The notes beneath the pieces are model-generated. The model was not told the origin of the DNA, ran no database searches, and was given only the letters and a program-made list of their open reading frames with translations. 64,000 bases of DNA, taken from NCBI GenBank assembly GCA_046292385.1, contig JBKBRF010000002.1, forward strand, positions 107,643 through 171,642, read 5' to 3'. Position numbers and translations under genes: made by a program. Shown here piece after piece: positions 48,326-57,923 of the stretch. How positions within the stretch are numbered: position 1 is the stretch's first letter; each line of letters begins with the position of its first letter. Source of the stretch: Armatimonadota bacterium (lineage in GTDB: Bacteria > Armatimonadota > SYMT01).

Positions 48326-49954
48326 ATGCGCGTAGCGGAGTACCTGTTCCAGCGTCTGCGGGAGTGCGGGGTGGAGGTGACCTTCGGCATTCCGGGCGAC
48401 TTCGCGCTGCCGCTCTACGCGGCGCAGGAAGCGTGCGGCATGCGGACCGTGGTGATGACCCACGAGCCCTCGGCGGGCTACGCCGCGGACGTCTACGGCC
48501 GGCTGCGGGGACTCGGCGTGGCGATGGCGACCTACGGAGCAGGGGCACTGAACATGGTGAACCCGGTCGCCATGGCGTACGCGGAGGAGTCGCCGGTACT
48601 GGTGCTCTCCGGCGCCCCGGAGGCGCGGTCCCGCCTGGGCGAGGTGCTGTTCCACCACCGGGTCAAGAGCGTGGAGACGCAGCACCGGGTCTACCAGGAG
48701 ATCACCGAGGCTTCCGCGGTGCTGAACGACCCCCGCCGCGCCGCCTACGAGATCGACCGCGTCCTCGACGTGATCCTCACGCGCTCCCGGTCCGGGTACC
48801 TGGAGATCCCGCGCGACATGGTCAACGCCCCGCTCGATCCGGCGGGGCCGCGCTACGAGCGCCAGGAGCCGGAGCGGTCCGGCCTGGAGGAGGCGCTGGA
48901 CGAGATCGCCGCCCGTCTGAACGGGAGCGACCGCGCCGTCATCTACGCCGGGCAGGAGGTGGAGCGCGCCGGGCTGATGAGCAAGTTCCTGCAGCTCGTG
49001 GAGAAGCTCAACCTGCCGGTCGCCACCTCGCTGATGGGCAAGTCGGTGGTGCCGGAGCGGCATCCGAACTTTATCGGCAACTACCTGGGACAGATCAGCG
49101 ATTCCGGCGTGCGGCGGCTGGTGGAGGAGGCCGACTGCATCCTGGCGCTCGGCATGCTCTTCACCGACATGGACACGGGCGGCTTCAGCGCCAACCTCGA
49201 CCCGCGGCGGGTGATCCAGGCGACGCTCTCCTCCGTCCGCATCAGCCACCACGTCTATCCGGAGCTGACCCTGCGGGACGTGATCGGTGGCCTACTCGCG
49301 CGAGAAGGCCTCCGCCGCCCCGACTCGGTGCCGCGGGTGGAGCCGGACCCGCGCCCGGCGCCCGGCGGCGCGGAGATCACGATGAGCGGCATCTTCGCGG
49401 AGCTGAACCGCTTCCTCCAGCCGCATCACGTGGTGCTGGCCGACGTGGGCGACCCTCTCTTCGGCGCGCTGGAGCTGCGGGCGGACCGCTTCATCGGGGC
49501 GGGCTACTACGCCAGCATGGGGCTTGCCGTCCCCGGGGCGATCGGCGCGCAGCTCGCGGACCCCTCCCGCCGGCCGGTCGTCCTGGTGGGAGACGGCGCC
49601 TTCAAGATGAACGGCGTGGAGCTCGCCACGGCGGTCGATCACGGCCTGAACCCGATCGTGCTGGTGATCAACAACGGCACCTTCGCCACGCTGCGTATCC
49701 TGGACCGGGACCGCGACTACATGCGCGTCCGGCCGTGGGACTACGTCGGGCTGGCACAGTCGCTCGGCGTCTCCGGAGAGCGGGTGGAGACCCAGGCGGA
49801 GCTGGCGCCGGCGCTGCGGCGGGCGGCGGCGGCGCCCGGGGCCTACCTGATCGAGGCGGTCACTCCGGAAGAGGACGCCTCGCACGCGCTCCAGCGAATG
49901 GGAGAGCAGTTCGGCCCGCGCATCCGCCGCCTGATCGACGAGGGAAAGCAGTAG
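48326..49954 (+). CDS. ipdC: TPP-dependent alpha-keto acid (indolepyruvate/phenylpyruvate) decarboxylase
   Basis: FGIPGDF, HEPSAGYAAD, FHH, YYASMG and the TPP motif GDGAF...INN. Confidence 0.82.
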   Translation: MRVAEYLFQRLRECGVEVTFGIPGDFALPLYAAQEACGMRTVVMTHEPSAGYAADVYGRLRGLGVAMATYGAGALNMVNPVAMAYAEESPVLVLSGAPEARSRLGEVLFHHRVKSVETQHRVYQEITEASAVLNDPRRAAYEIDRVLDVILTRSRSGYLEIPRDMVNAPLDPAGPRYERQEPERSGLEEALDEIAARLNGSDRAVIYAGQEVERAGLMSKFLQLVEKLNLPVATSLMGKSVVPERHPNFIGNYLGQISDSGVRRLVEEADCILALGMLFTDMDTGGFSANLDPRRVIQATLSSVRISHHVYPELTLRDVIGGLLAREGLRRPDSVPRVEPDPRPAPGGAEITMSGIFAELNRFLQPHHVVLADVGDPLFGALELRADRFIGAGYYASMGLAVPGAIGAQLADPSRRPVVLVGDGAFKMNGVELATAVDHGLNPIVLVINNGTFATLRILDRDRDYMRVRPWDYVGLAQSLGVSGERVETQAELAPALRRAAAAPGAYLIEAVTPEEDASHALQRMGEQFGPRIRRLIDEGKQ

Positions 49955-50015
49955 CGGCGCGCTCAGACCGCCGGGCCGCAAACCGAAGCATGGGACCGGC
50001 GCTTCGAGCCGGCAT

Positions 50016-50156
50016 GTGGAGTGCGGAAGCTCGCTTCCGCTTTGTGGAGCATTTCCGCTCTGATTGCTTCTTGTAAGCGAAAGCAAGCTTCCGCAGCTAG
50101 CGGCGGTTCGGACACGAAGTCAGCGGCGAAAGCGGTAGCAAGCTACCGCACTCCAA
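50016..50156. repeat. REP doublet (GGAG-foot type)
   Basis: GGAGTGCGGAAGCTCGCTTCCGCTTT ... AAAGCGGTAGCAAGCTACCGCACTCC; related to 32721-32827. Confidence 0.75.
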
Positions 50157-50327
50157 CGACTCTACCGGTAAACTGCGCCCGCTTCCGACTCTCTGACGCG
50201 CGTGCCGGTAGGATGAGCTGCCGCGGAACGAGAGATCCTCGGGTGCTTCGGCCCCAACCAGAGCAGAAGTGGGAGACGCGCTCCTGTTCGCAGCTACTCA
50301 AGCTCTCTCACTCTCCCACTCTCCCAC

Positions 50328-51191
50328 TCAGTCGCCCGCCGGCCGAGGCAGGTCGTCCGCGTCCGGCTCGGGCGGAGTGCCGGGCCGGGGAAGCTGCTCC
50401 GCGTCAGCGCTGCGCTCGGAGGGGATCGGAAACCGGGCCAGCGCGTCGAGGTCGGGCCGCAGCGCCCGTTCGAACACCTCCCGCAGCGCAGCCAGGTCGC
50501 GCTCCGGCACCAGGAACGGCGTGGGGCGACGGTCGGCCCGGGCCAGCGAGCGGACCACGTCCCCCAGCGACCGCTCCTGGGGGTTCACCACCACTTCCCC
50601 GCGCACCATCGCGCCCTCGCGGAACAGGTCGAGGGTAATTCCGTCCAGCACCGCGTGCGCCTCGGGGTCGCGCGGCTTCAGGATGGCGCGCACGCCGGTG
50701 CCGGCGCGGACCGCCCAGCCGGAGACGGCGAGGTGGGAGAGATCCTCGAGCTCCGAGATGATCCGGAGGAAGCCGGGCGGGGGCAGGAGCTTGAAGGTGG
50801 CGCGCGCGCCGCGGTCGACCGCCCGCGGGATCTGGGCGGTCGCTCCGATGAACCAGGTGTGCTCGAACGGCCCGCCCCACGGCGCGGGGAGCCGGAACGG
50901 CAGGCGGTGGTGCTCCCCGGGGCCGATCTCCAGGCCCCGGGCCAGCTCCGCCGCTGCGTGTCCCTGGTAGTGGTGCTGGGGGACCGGCGTGCGCCCCACC
51001 ATCGTCATCGTCACCCAGTGCTGCACTACCGTGGCGGTGAGGCACGCCACCGGCTGCGGCACCGAGCCGCCGCGCAGGTGGACGGCGCCGACCGCCTCCT
51101 CCGTCCACCCGACCGCCGGCGTCTCCAGCTCCACCTCCAGCGTACACGCCCCGATCCCGACCGAAGCACCGACTTCCTGCCAGAATGACAT
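50328..51191 (-). CDS. Spo0M-like (arrestin-fold) protein
   Basis: MSFWQEVGASVGIGACTLEV, GAVHLRGGSVPQ, LPFRLPAP and A.IP.AVD. Confidence 0.75.
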   Translation of the reverse strand: MSFWQEVGASVGIGACTLEVELETPAVGWTEEAVGAVHLRGGSVPQPVACLTATVVQHWVTMTMVGRTPVPQHHYQGHAAAELARGLEIGPGEHHRLPFRLPAPWGGPFEHTWFIGATAQIPRAVDRGARATFKLLPPPGFLRIISELEDLSHLAVSGWAVRAGTGVRAILKPRDPEAHAVLDGITLDLFREGAMVRGEVVVNPQERSLGDVVRSLARADRRPTPFLVPERDLAALREVFERALRPDLDALARFPIPSERSADAEQLPRPGTPPEPDADDLPRPAGD

Positions 51192-51227
51192 GGCTCTCCT
51201 CCCGGGACCGGGGCTCGGCAGACCTGG

Positions 51228-52469
51228 CTACCGGCTGATGGTCCCGCCGCTGTACCGGGCGGAACGCACCCACTCGTATCCCCCGCCCGACTCCTGCAGC
51301 GCCCAGAAGTCGTAGTTCCCGATCGCCCGGTCGCCCGCTTCGTTCAGCACGGTCCAGCCGGTGGCGCCGAAGAAGCGGCTCGCGGTATCGGAGAGCACCT
51401 TCCGCCGGACGGCAATCTTCCCGCTGCGCGCGGTCCGGTCCGCCAGGAAGGCGACCCAGAGCGCGTCGGAAGCGGCGAGGCCGAAGGCGTCCGGAGCGAT
51501 CCCGGCGCGCGCCTCGATCTCCGTGGAGAGCGGCTCCCAGATCGGCCGCGCGTCCTCCGGGAGCCCCATCGTGGGCGCGGAGAAGCCGACCGCCACGGCG
51601 AACGCCGCCGCATCGGCATCGGTGAGAATCGCGGCGCTCCGCGCGACCCCGTCGGTGCCGTACCACTTCACGCCGGCCAGCGTCGGGTCGAGCCGCGCGG
51701 CGCGGAACAGGGCGACGAGCTCATCGAAGGAGGCGAGGAATACCGCCACGTCGTTCCCGAAGGTCGCCTGGGCGTCCAGCACCTGCTGGCGGGCGTCGGC
51801 CACTACCTGGCTGAAGTCGCTCGTCTCCGTGGAGTACTCCAGTCCCGCCGAGACCGTCCCGCCGGCGGCAGTGAAGTGCTGCCGGAGCGAGGTGGCGAGG
51901 CCCTGGTTCCCGGCGTCCGCCCGCCACAGCGGTACGGCGGCGCGGATTCCGTCGGCGCGCATCAGGGCGGCGATCGCCTCGCCTTCCGGGCCGTCGCTGG
52001 GGCAGAAGCGGAACACGTTGTCCCCCGCCACGGCGAGAGAGCCCGCGGTGCTGCCCTGGCTCAGGAGCAGAATGCCCCGCCGCTCCGCGTACGGCTTCAG
52101 CGCGGCCAGCTCGGCGCTCGACTGCGGGCCGATCACCGTCCGCACGCCCCGCGCGGCGAGCCGCTTCAGCTTCTTCAGGGCGAGGGTCGAGTCGAGCTTC
52201 GTATCCTCGACCAGCAGCTTCACGCGGTCCCGCGAGCCGGCGGCGCGCAGCTCGTCGTTGATGCGGGAGACCCCGATCTCCAGCGCCGCCTGGCTGGTGA
52301 CGCCGAGGGACTGCCACTCGCCGGTCAGCGAGAGGAGCGCGCCGACGAGCAGCGTCTTCCCACGCGGGCGGGCTTTCTTCGCGTCGGCGGAGACCGCCGT
52401 CAACAACACGAGCGCGAGCAGGGGCAAGAGTAGCCGGGCGAACGGCACACCGGCGGTGCGAAACCTCAT
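51228..52469 (-). CDS. Class I periplasmic binding protein (Liv-type), solitary
   Basis: VGALLSLTG, VEDTKLD, VIGPQSS, NVFRFCPSD and FFGATG...LNEAGDR. Confidence 0.85.
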   Translation of the reverse strand: MRFRTAGVPFARLLLPLLALVLLTAVSADAKKARPRGKTLLVGALLSLTGEWQSLGVTSQAALEIGVSRINDELRAAGSRDRVKLLVEDTKLDSTLALKKLKRLAARGVRTVIGPQSSAELAALKPYAERRGILLLSQGSTAGSLAVAGDNVFRFCPSDGPEGEAIAALMRADGIRAAVPLWRADAGNQGLATSLRQHFTAAGGTVSAGLEYSTETSDFSQVVADARQQVLDAQATFGNDVAVFLASFDELVALFRAARLDPTLAGVKWYGTDGVARSAAILTDADAAAFAVAVGFSAPTMGLPEDARPIWEPLSTEIEARAGIAPDAFGLAASDALWVAFLADRTARSGKIAVRRKVLSDTASRFFGATGWTVLNEAGDRAIGNYDFWALQESGGGYEWVRSARYSGGTISR

Positions 52470-52652
52470 CGGAGCTCCTTAGACGAGCGATGGCCCGGGT
52501 GCTAACTCTCCGGGCAGGGACCCGGTTCCCCGGAAGTCCAACGCGTAGTTGGCGCAAACCCGGGTGAACCCCTCCCCTCCCGCCTCGCCCAGGCAGAGGG
52601 CGACCAAGGGGTAGGCAGGAAGTAGCTCCAGCTTTTCGGACCGGCGGGTCTG

Positions 52653-52703
52653 AGCCCGCGCAGGCGGGCTTCGCTTTCTGTAGCCTCGACTTCAGTCCGA
52701 GGC
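52653..52703. repeat. GTAG-foot REP-like hairpin pair
   Basis: AGCCCGC-GCAG-GCGGGCT followed by GTAG-CCTCGAC-TTCA-GTCCGAGG. Confidence 0.55.
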
Positions 52704-52782
52704 GCGAATCCGGCAGAACTCCCCTCCTGCCCCTTGGCAGGCGGCCGCCCGATCGTGCAGGGTGCGGCCCCCTTCGTCCGGC

Positions 52783-54177
52783 TCAGACCGTTCGGCCGGT
52801 ATAGAGCGGCTCCATCACCTGGCCGGTGTTCAGGCGCTGCGGGCGGCCTTCGCGGTCGAGGAACTCCGCGGCGGGGTCGATGCCGAGCGCCTGGTAGACG
52901 GTGGCGCCGAGGTCGTCCGGGGTGAAGGCGTGGGTGGCGGGGGAGCCGCCCTGCGCGTCGGTGGCGCCGATCACCTGGCCGCCGCGCACGCCGGCGCCGG
53001 AGAAGACCGCCGTGAAGGCGTCGCACCAGTGGTCGCGGCCGGGGATCGTCTGCCCGGCCAGGGTGGAGATCTTCGGGGTGCGCCCGAACTCGCCGACCAC
53101 GATCACCAGCGTCTCCTCCGCCAGGCCGCGGTCGCGCAGGTCGTCCAGCAGCGCTCCCACGCCGCGGTCGAGCGGCGGCAGCAGCCGGTTCTTGAGGGCG
53201 CCCCAGTTGTCCGCGTGGGTGTCCCAGGTCTGGACGATCCCCATGTTCGCCTGCACGATCGGCACGCCGGCCTCCACCAGGCGGCGGGCGAGCAGCAGCG
53301 ATTGTCCGAACATGTGGCGGCCGTACTGGTCGCGGAGGGCGGCCGGCTCCTTCTCCAGGCGGAACGCCTCCGCGAAGGCGCTGGAGGTGAGCAGGGTGAA
53401 GGCGGAGCGCTGCTGGTCGTCCAGCGCCTGCATCTCCGCCAGGCGGCCGAGGCGGTCCTGCTGCCGGTTGACGGTCTCGAGGATCGACCGCCGCGCCTGC
53501 AGCCGCTCCACGCCGAACCCGGCGGGCAGGCTCAGGTGATCGACCCGGAAGCTCTCCTTGTTCGGATCGTCCGTGATCTGCCAGGGGTCGTACTTCGGGC
53601 CCATGCAGCCGGCGTACTGGCCGGGCCAGAGCAGCGGCGGCTCCTGGAGGTAGGTCGGCAGGTGGACGCCGGAGGGGACGCCATCCGTGCGCGGCCGGAA
53701 GTACCCGAGCGCGGAGCCGTAGCTGGGCCAGTCGCTGCGGCTGCGGATCTTGTCGACCCCCAGGTGCTCCGGGATGCCGGGGATCGCCTTGCCGGTGAGG
53801 AGCCAGTGGGTCGCGGGGAGGTGGCCGTTGTTCTTGTGGGTCATCGACCGCACCACCGCCAGGCGGTCGAGCCGCTTCGCGAAGCCAGGCAGGTGCTCGG
53901 CGAAGCGGACCCCGGGAAGCGCCGTGGGAATGGTGCCGAACTCGCCGCGCACCTCCGCGGGGGAGTCCGGCTTCGGATCGAACATGTCGAGGTGGCTGGG
54001 TCCGCCGGTGAGGAAGACCAGGATCACCGCCCGGGCACGTCCGCGCGGCGCCGGGGCCGCCGAGGCCGCACGCGCGCCGGCCAGGCTGAGGCCGAGCAGG
54101 CCGGAGTAGCCCGCCTGCAGCAGCTCCCGCCGCGTGATCCCGATCGTATGCCGATGCCCCACCGCTTCCGCCCGCAT
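52783..54177 (-). CDS. DUF1501 domain protein
   Basis: TRRELLQAG Tat-like start, GGPSHLDMFDPKP, WDTH, GEFGRTP and GRDHW. Confidence 0.92.
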   Translation of the reverse strand: MRAEAVGHRHTIGITRRELLQAGYSGLLGLSLAGARAASAAPAPRGRARAVILVFLTGGPSHLDMFDPKPDSPAEVRGEFGTIPTALPGVRFAEHLPGFAKRLDRLAVVRSMTHKNNGHLPATHWLLTGKAIPGIPEHLGVDKIRSRSDWPSYGSALGYFRPRTDGVPSGVHLPTYLQEPPLLWPGQYAGCMGPKYDPWQITDDPNKESFRVDHLSLPAGFGVERLQARRSILETVNRQQDRLGRLAEMQALDDQQRSAFTLLTSSAFAEAFRLEKEPAALRDQYGRHMFGQSLLLARRLVEAGVPIVQANMGIVQTWDTHADNWGALKNRLLPPLDRGVGALLDDLRDRGLAEETLVIVVGEFGRTPKISTLAGQTIPGRDHWCDAFTAVFSGAGVRGGQVIGATDAQGGSPATHAFTPDDLGATVYQALGIDPAAEFLDREGRPQRLNTGQVMEPLYTGRTV

Positions 54178-54520
54178 GGCCGCTCCCCCTGGTCCAGCCC
54201 CTCGCCTGGATCGTTGGAGACGCGGGCGCGCGGGAAGTTGCATGCCGTACGGCCGCCTCCAGTCCTGCGGGGCCGTTCCGCTGCGGTGCGCCTGGATCTG
54301 AGGGACGCCAATGCGGTCCGGCACAGATTCGGCACGCACTTTTCGCGGAACACTGTTACCCTGAAGGTAAGGGGTTCTCTCCCGGTTCCGGAGCACCACG
54401 GTATCCCTCCCCGCAGGGTGGCCTGGCGTGCGATTGCCCGTTTCCCGGGAAACAATTGGCGTTTCTTTCTCGTCTTAGGACTTACCAGGCGCAACCCCCT
54501 CGCGCCGAAGGGACTCTTCC

Positions 54521-54862
54521 GTGACGCTCCGGGAATTCCGCCAGCTGGTCCGCGCCGAGTTCGGCGGCGATCTGCGTTACATGACGCCTGCCAACGTGCG
54601 CGCCTTCCTGGACCGCGTGCATGATGAAGTCGAGGCCCCCCCGGGACCGGGAGAGCGCTTCTACCTCAACGAGCCGGAGCGCACCTACGAGGGGATCCTG
54701 CGGGACTTCCTCTCCCAGGCGCTGGAGATGCCGTCCGACCAGGCGGTGATCCGTCTCTGGCTCTACTGCCTGGAGCTCACCACCGCCAGCGTGACCGAGG
54801 TAGAGGCGGAGCGGTTCCGCAAGCTCTTCGCCGGCCTCGCCGCGGGAGACGGGCTCGACTAG
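54521..54862 (+). CDS. Hypothetical protein (113 aa, helical)
   Basis: GTG start after AAGGGA, host-like codon usage, fills the gap between divergent and convergent neighbours. Confidence 0.72.
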   Translation: MTLREFRQLVRAEFGGDLRYMTPANVRAFLDRVHDEVEAPPGPGERFYLNEPERTYEGILRDFLSQALEMPSDQAVIRLWLYCLELTTASVTEVEAERFRKLFAGLAAGDGLD

Positions 54863-55031
54863 CGGGTAGCGGTTAGGGTGTAGCGGGTAGGGCTGGCGAT
54901 TGGCTTTGCTGCCGTGCCCGAGCTGAGTCCCCGCACGTGGCGCTGACTCTGCAAGACACAGACGTGGAGCTGGCCGGCGAGTCCCGTGGGGGATCTCGCC
55001 GGCCAGCTCTTTTCTCGCCGGGTTGGGGCGC

Positions 55032-55979
55032 TCAGTGGCCGGGCTCGGGGGCGGGCCCCGGGTCGGCGGGCGGCAGCTCCGCGGGCGGCAGCTCCGCGGG
55101 CCCGGGGGCCTCTTCCGGGCTCTGGACCGGCAGCGGCTGGGGCTGCCGGGGATCCGGCCTGGGCTCCAGCGGCAGCGACACCGGGCGCACCGGCAGCCCG
55201 GCCGGTACGGTGGGGGCAAGCGCCATCAGATCCTCGGTCTTGCCGAACGGCGCCTCCGGCTCCGCGAGCGCGGTCTCGCTGCCGGCGCCGGTCGCCGCCG
55301 CCCCGGCACTCAGCACGCCGCGGACCCGCAGCTCACGGGTTCCGGCTCGGCTCTTCACCGTCACCGTACCGTGGTCGACCGCCACCACCCTCCAGGAGCC
55401 GTAGCGCCCGCCCGCGGGGACTACCGCCATGCCGCCTCCCGAGGCGAAGATGGCGCTGGGATGGCTCCCGAGCAGCGTCCCGAGCAGCTCCGGCGCGGGC
55501 TCCACCACCGGCTTCGAGGGTGCGACCGACGCGAACAACCCGGCCGGCTTCGCCACCGGGATCCGGAAGAGCCCGGAGCCGATCCCGGGCAGCGCCGGCG
55601 GCCGGAAGCCCGCGGGGGGCGTGAGCTGCACCGCGGCGGCGACCGGCTTCGACGCATTCGCCGCCCGCTCGTCCGGAGCCGGCGGCAGCTCCGCGAACGG
55701 GTCGGCTTCCACCGCCAGCAGCATCTCGCCCGACGCGAGCAGGGGTGATCCCGCCGGCTCTCCGGCGGGAGCCGGCACCGCCGGCGCGGCGGTCGTTCCC
55801 GGCTGCGCGCTGGTGGCCTGGGCGAGCTCCGCCCCGGAGGCCGGCTCGTTCGGCCGGCGCGGCGCCGGCTCCGAGGCGAGCGTGCTGGAGATGCTCCAGT
55901 AGGCGGCGCCCACGGCGACCACGATCCCGGCCGAGAGCATGGTCAGCTTCTTGACGTCGGTCGGCTCATTCTTCTTCAT
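55032..55979 (-). CDS. Pro-rich PilP/GspC-like pilus accessory protein
   Basis: N-terminal TM helix, ADPFAEL, and L.G.LLG..PSAIF...G..YGSWRVVAV..GTVTV resembling the PilP/GspC HR fold. Coupled to the secretin gene. Confidence 0.6.
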   Translation of the reverse strand: MKKNEPTDVKKLTMLSAGIVVAVGAAYWSISSTLASEPAPRRPNEPASGAELAQATSAQPGTTAAPAVPAPAGEPAGSPLLASGEMLLAVEADPFAELPPAPDERAANASKPVAAAVQLTPPAGFRPPALPGIGSGLFRIPVAKPAGLFASVAPSKPVVEPAPELLGTLLGSHPSAIFASGGGMAVVPAGGRYGSWRVVAVDHGTVTVKSRAGTRELRVRGVLSAGAAATGAGSETALAEPEAPFGKTEDLMALAPTVPAGLPVRPVSLPLEPRPDPRQPQPLPVQSPEEAPGPAELPPAELPPADPGPAPEPGH

Positions 55980-57877
55980 CTGGGTAGTCCCTCCGGTCGG
56001 GGCGCGCCGGTCTCCACCTCGCGCACGCGAATGACGATGATGATCTCGTTCTTGCGGCGGGTCCGGGTGCGGTTGCGGAAGAGCTGTCCGAGCAGCGGGA
56101 TCTCGGAGAGACCCGGCACCCGGCGGACCTCCAGGATGTCTTCCTCCCGCTGCAGCCCCGCAATCACGAGCGCGTCGCCCACGCCGAGCCGGATCGTGGT
56201 GTCGGCCTCCCGGCTGGCGGTCTGCGGCAGTCCCTGATCGTCGATGGCGGTGACGGAGCTCACCACCGGATGGACCTTCAGCGTCACCTCCCCATCCGGG
56301 TGCACCCGCGGACGAACCAGCAGCGCGATGCCGACCGGCACCGTCTCCGTTCCCTGCACCGCGCCGACGTCCGGGGTGATCAGGCTGAGCCCGCGGAAGC
56401 GGATCAGGTCGCCGATGAAGACGTTCGCGTCTTCGTTGTCGACCACGGTGATGTTCGGCCGCGCCAGGATGCGGGCGCGGTTCTCCACCAGGAGCGCGTT
56501 CAGCGCCACGCGAAAGTCGGTGGCGGAGCGGGTGATCCGGCCGAACCGGATCGCGCCTCCGGACGGGATCCTGAACCGCGCGTCGAGCCCGCCGAAGTCC
56601 CAGAGCACCCCCAGGTCCTTCGTGTCGCGGAGGTCGACCTCGAGGATCTCGGCCTCGATGTTCACGTTGGGCGGAGGCAAGTCGGACTGCTCGAGCAGCC
56701 GCACCGCGCTCTCCACGTCGGAGCGGGTCCCGATCAGGATGAGGCGCGTGGAGCGGTCGAGCGGCTGGATCAGGTCCTGCCCGCCTCCGGCCCCGCCGAA
56801 GCCGCCCATCCCCCCTCCGCCCCCGCCGCCAAAGCCTCCCCCGCCGCCGAAGCCCCCCCCGCCGCCGAGGCCGCCGATCCCGCCGCCGAGAAAGCTCAGG
56901 GAGAGCGGGATGAACTGTGCGGCGGGCGGAGCGACCGGCTCCGGCCCGGCGACGACCTTGAGCCCTGGGAGCGCCTCCCGCAGCGCGTCTTCCGCGGTAA
57001 TGGCGTTCAGGTAGGCGAGCTTGTAGACCCGCTCCACGCGCGGCTCGGGCTCCACCACCGGCTCGGGGGCGGGCGGCGGCTCGGCATCCAGCGCCTGCAG
57101 CGCGCGGCCGGCCGCGTCCAGGTCGGCCTGGACTCCGGAAAGGATCAGCGTGCCGGCCTGCTCGGTGACCCGCAGGACCGGGAACGCCTCCCGCAGGACG
57201 CCGACCACCCGCTCCGACTCCGCGAAGCGGAGGGTGACGACGCGCGTCTCCCGTACCGGCTCCGGCACCACCGGGGCCGGCGGGGCGACGTCGACGTCCC
57301 GCAGCGCGGCACGGGCGGTCGCCAGGTCTTCCGGCAGACCGGAGAGCACCACGGACCGGCCGGCGGTATCGACGCCGACCGCCGGCGTGACGCGGGAGAG
57401 CAGCTCCTTCGCCTCCGCCGCACTCAGGTGCCGCAGCGGCATGATCACCGTCTGCCCCAGGCCGGAAGCGGCCTCCCGGACCTCCTCCGCGGGCCCCACG
57501 ATGTACGACTCTCCCAGGCGCAGCACGCTCAGTCCGGCCGCGGCGGCGACCAGGCGGATCGCCTGGTCGGCGTCCCGGTCCCGCAGGTTGATCGTGACGG
57601 AGCCCTTAGCGCCGGGCGTCACCAGGACATCCTGCCCGGTGTAATCGGCCAGGGTGGCCAGCACGCTGCGCACGTCGAGGTCCGAGAACTGGACGGAGAC
57701 GCGGCTCGCCGGGAGGCGAGGCCGCCGGGCCGGGGCCGGAGCCGGCTTCTTCGACGGCGCGGCACGGGGCACCGGCTGGCTGTAGCCCACACCGACGGTG
57801 CCCACGGTCAGCAGTGATACAAGCAGCCAGAGCCGGCGAAGCGACGGGCCGCCTCGGGGAGGCAGAGCTCTAAGCAT
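55976..57877 (-). CDS. Secretin (PilQ/GspD family)
   Basis: SVQFSDLDVRSVL, repeated N domains, VNIEAEILEV, ARILARPNITVVDN, VPGLSEIPLLGQLF. Confidence 0.92.
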   Translation of the reverse strand: MLRALPPRGGPSLRRLWLLVSLLTVGTVGVGYSQPVPRAAPSKKPAPAPARRPRLPASRVSVQFSDLDVRSVLATLADYTGQDVLVTPGAKGSVTINLRDRDADQAIRLVAAAAGLSVLRLGESYIVGPAEEVREAASGLGQTVIMPLRHLSAAEAKELLSRVTPAVGVDTAGRSVVLSGLPEDLATARAALRDVDVAPPAPVVPEPVRETRVVTLRFAESERVVGVLREAFPVLRVTEQAGTLILSGVQADLDAAGRALQALDAEPPPAPEPVVEPEPRVERVYKLAYLNAITAEDALREALPGLKVVAGPEPVAPPAAQFIPLSLSFLGGGIGGLGGGGGFGGGGGFGGGGGGGMGGFGGAGGGQDLIQPLDRSTRLILIGTRSDVESAVRLLEQSDLPPPNVNIEAEILEVDLRDTKDLGVLWDFGGLDARFRIPSGGAIRFGRITRSATDFRVALNALLVENRARILARPNITVVDNEDANVFIGDLIRFRGLSLITPDVGAVQGTETVPVGIALLVRPRVHPDGEVTLKVHPVVSSVTAIDDQGLPQTASREADTTIRLGVGDALVIAGLQREEDILEVRRVPGLSEIPLLGQLFRNRTRTRRKNEIIIVIRVREVETGAPRPEGLPR

Positions 57878-57923
57878 CCTGGTAGTCCTTCCGGTTCGTA
57901 TGCGGCCGCGGATCGAAGAGCGG

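Noticed and set aside
54423..54438. Sigma-54-like TGGC...TTGC site
   Set aside because: The spacing is GG-N9-GC rather than the required GG-N10-GC.
56785..56890. C/G-rich tandem repeat inside the secretin gene
   Set aside because: It encodes the in-frame Gly-rich loop commonly found in secretin N3 domains.
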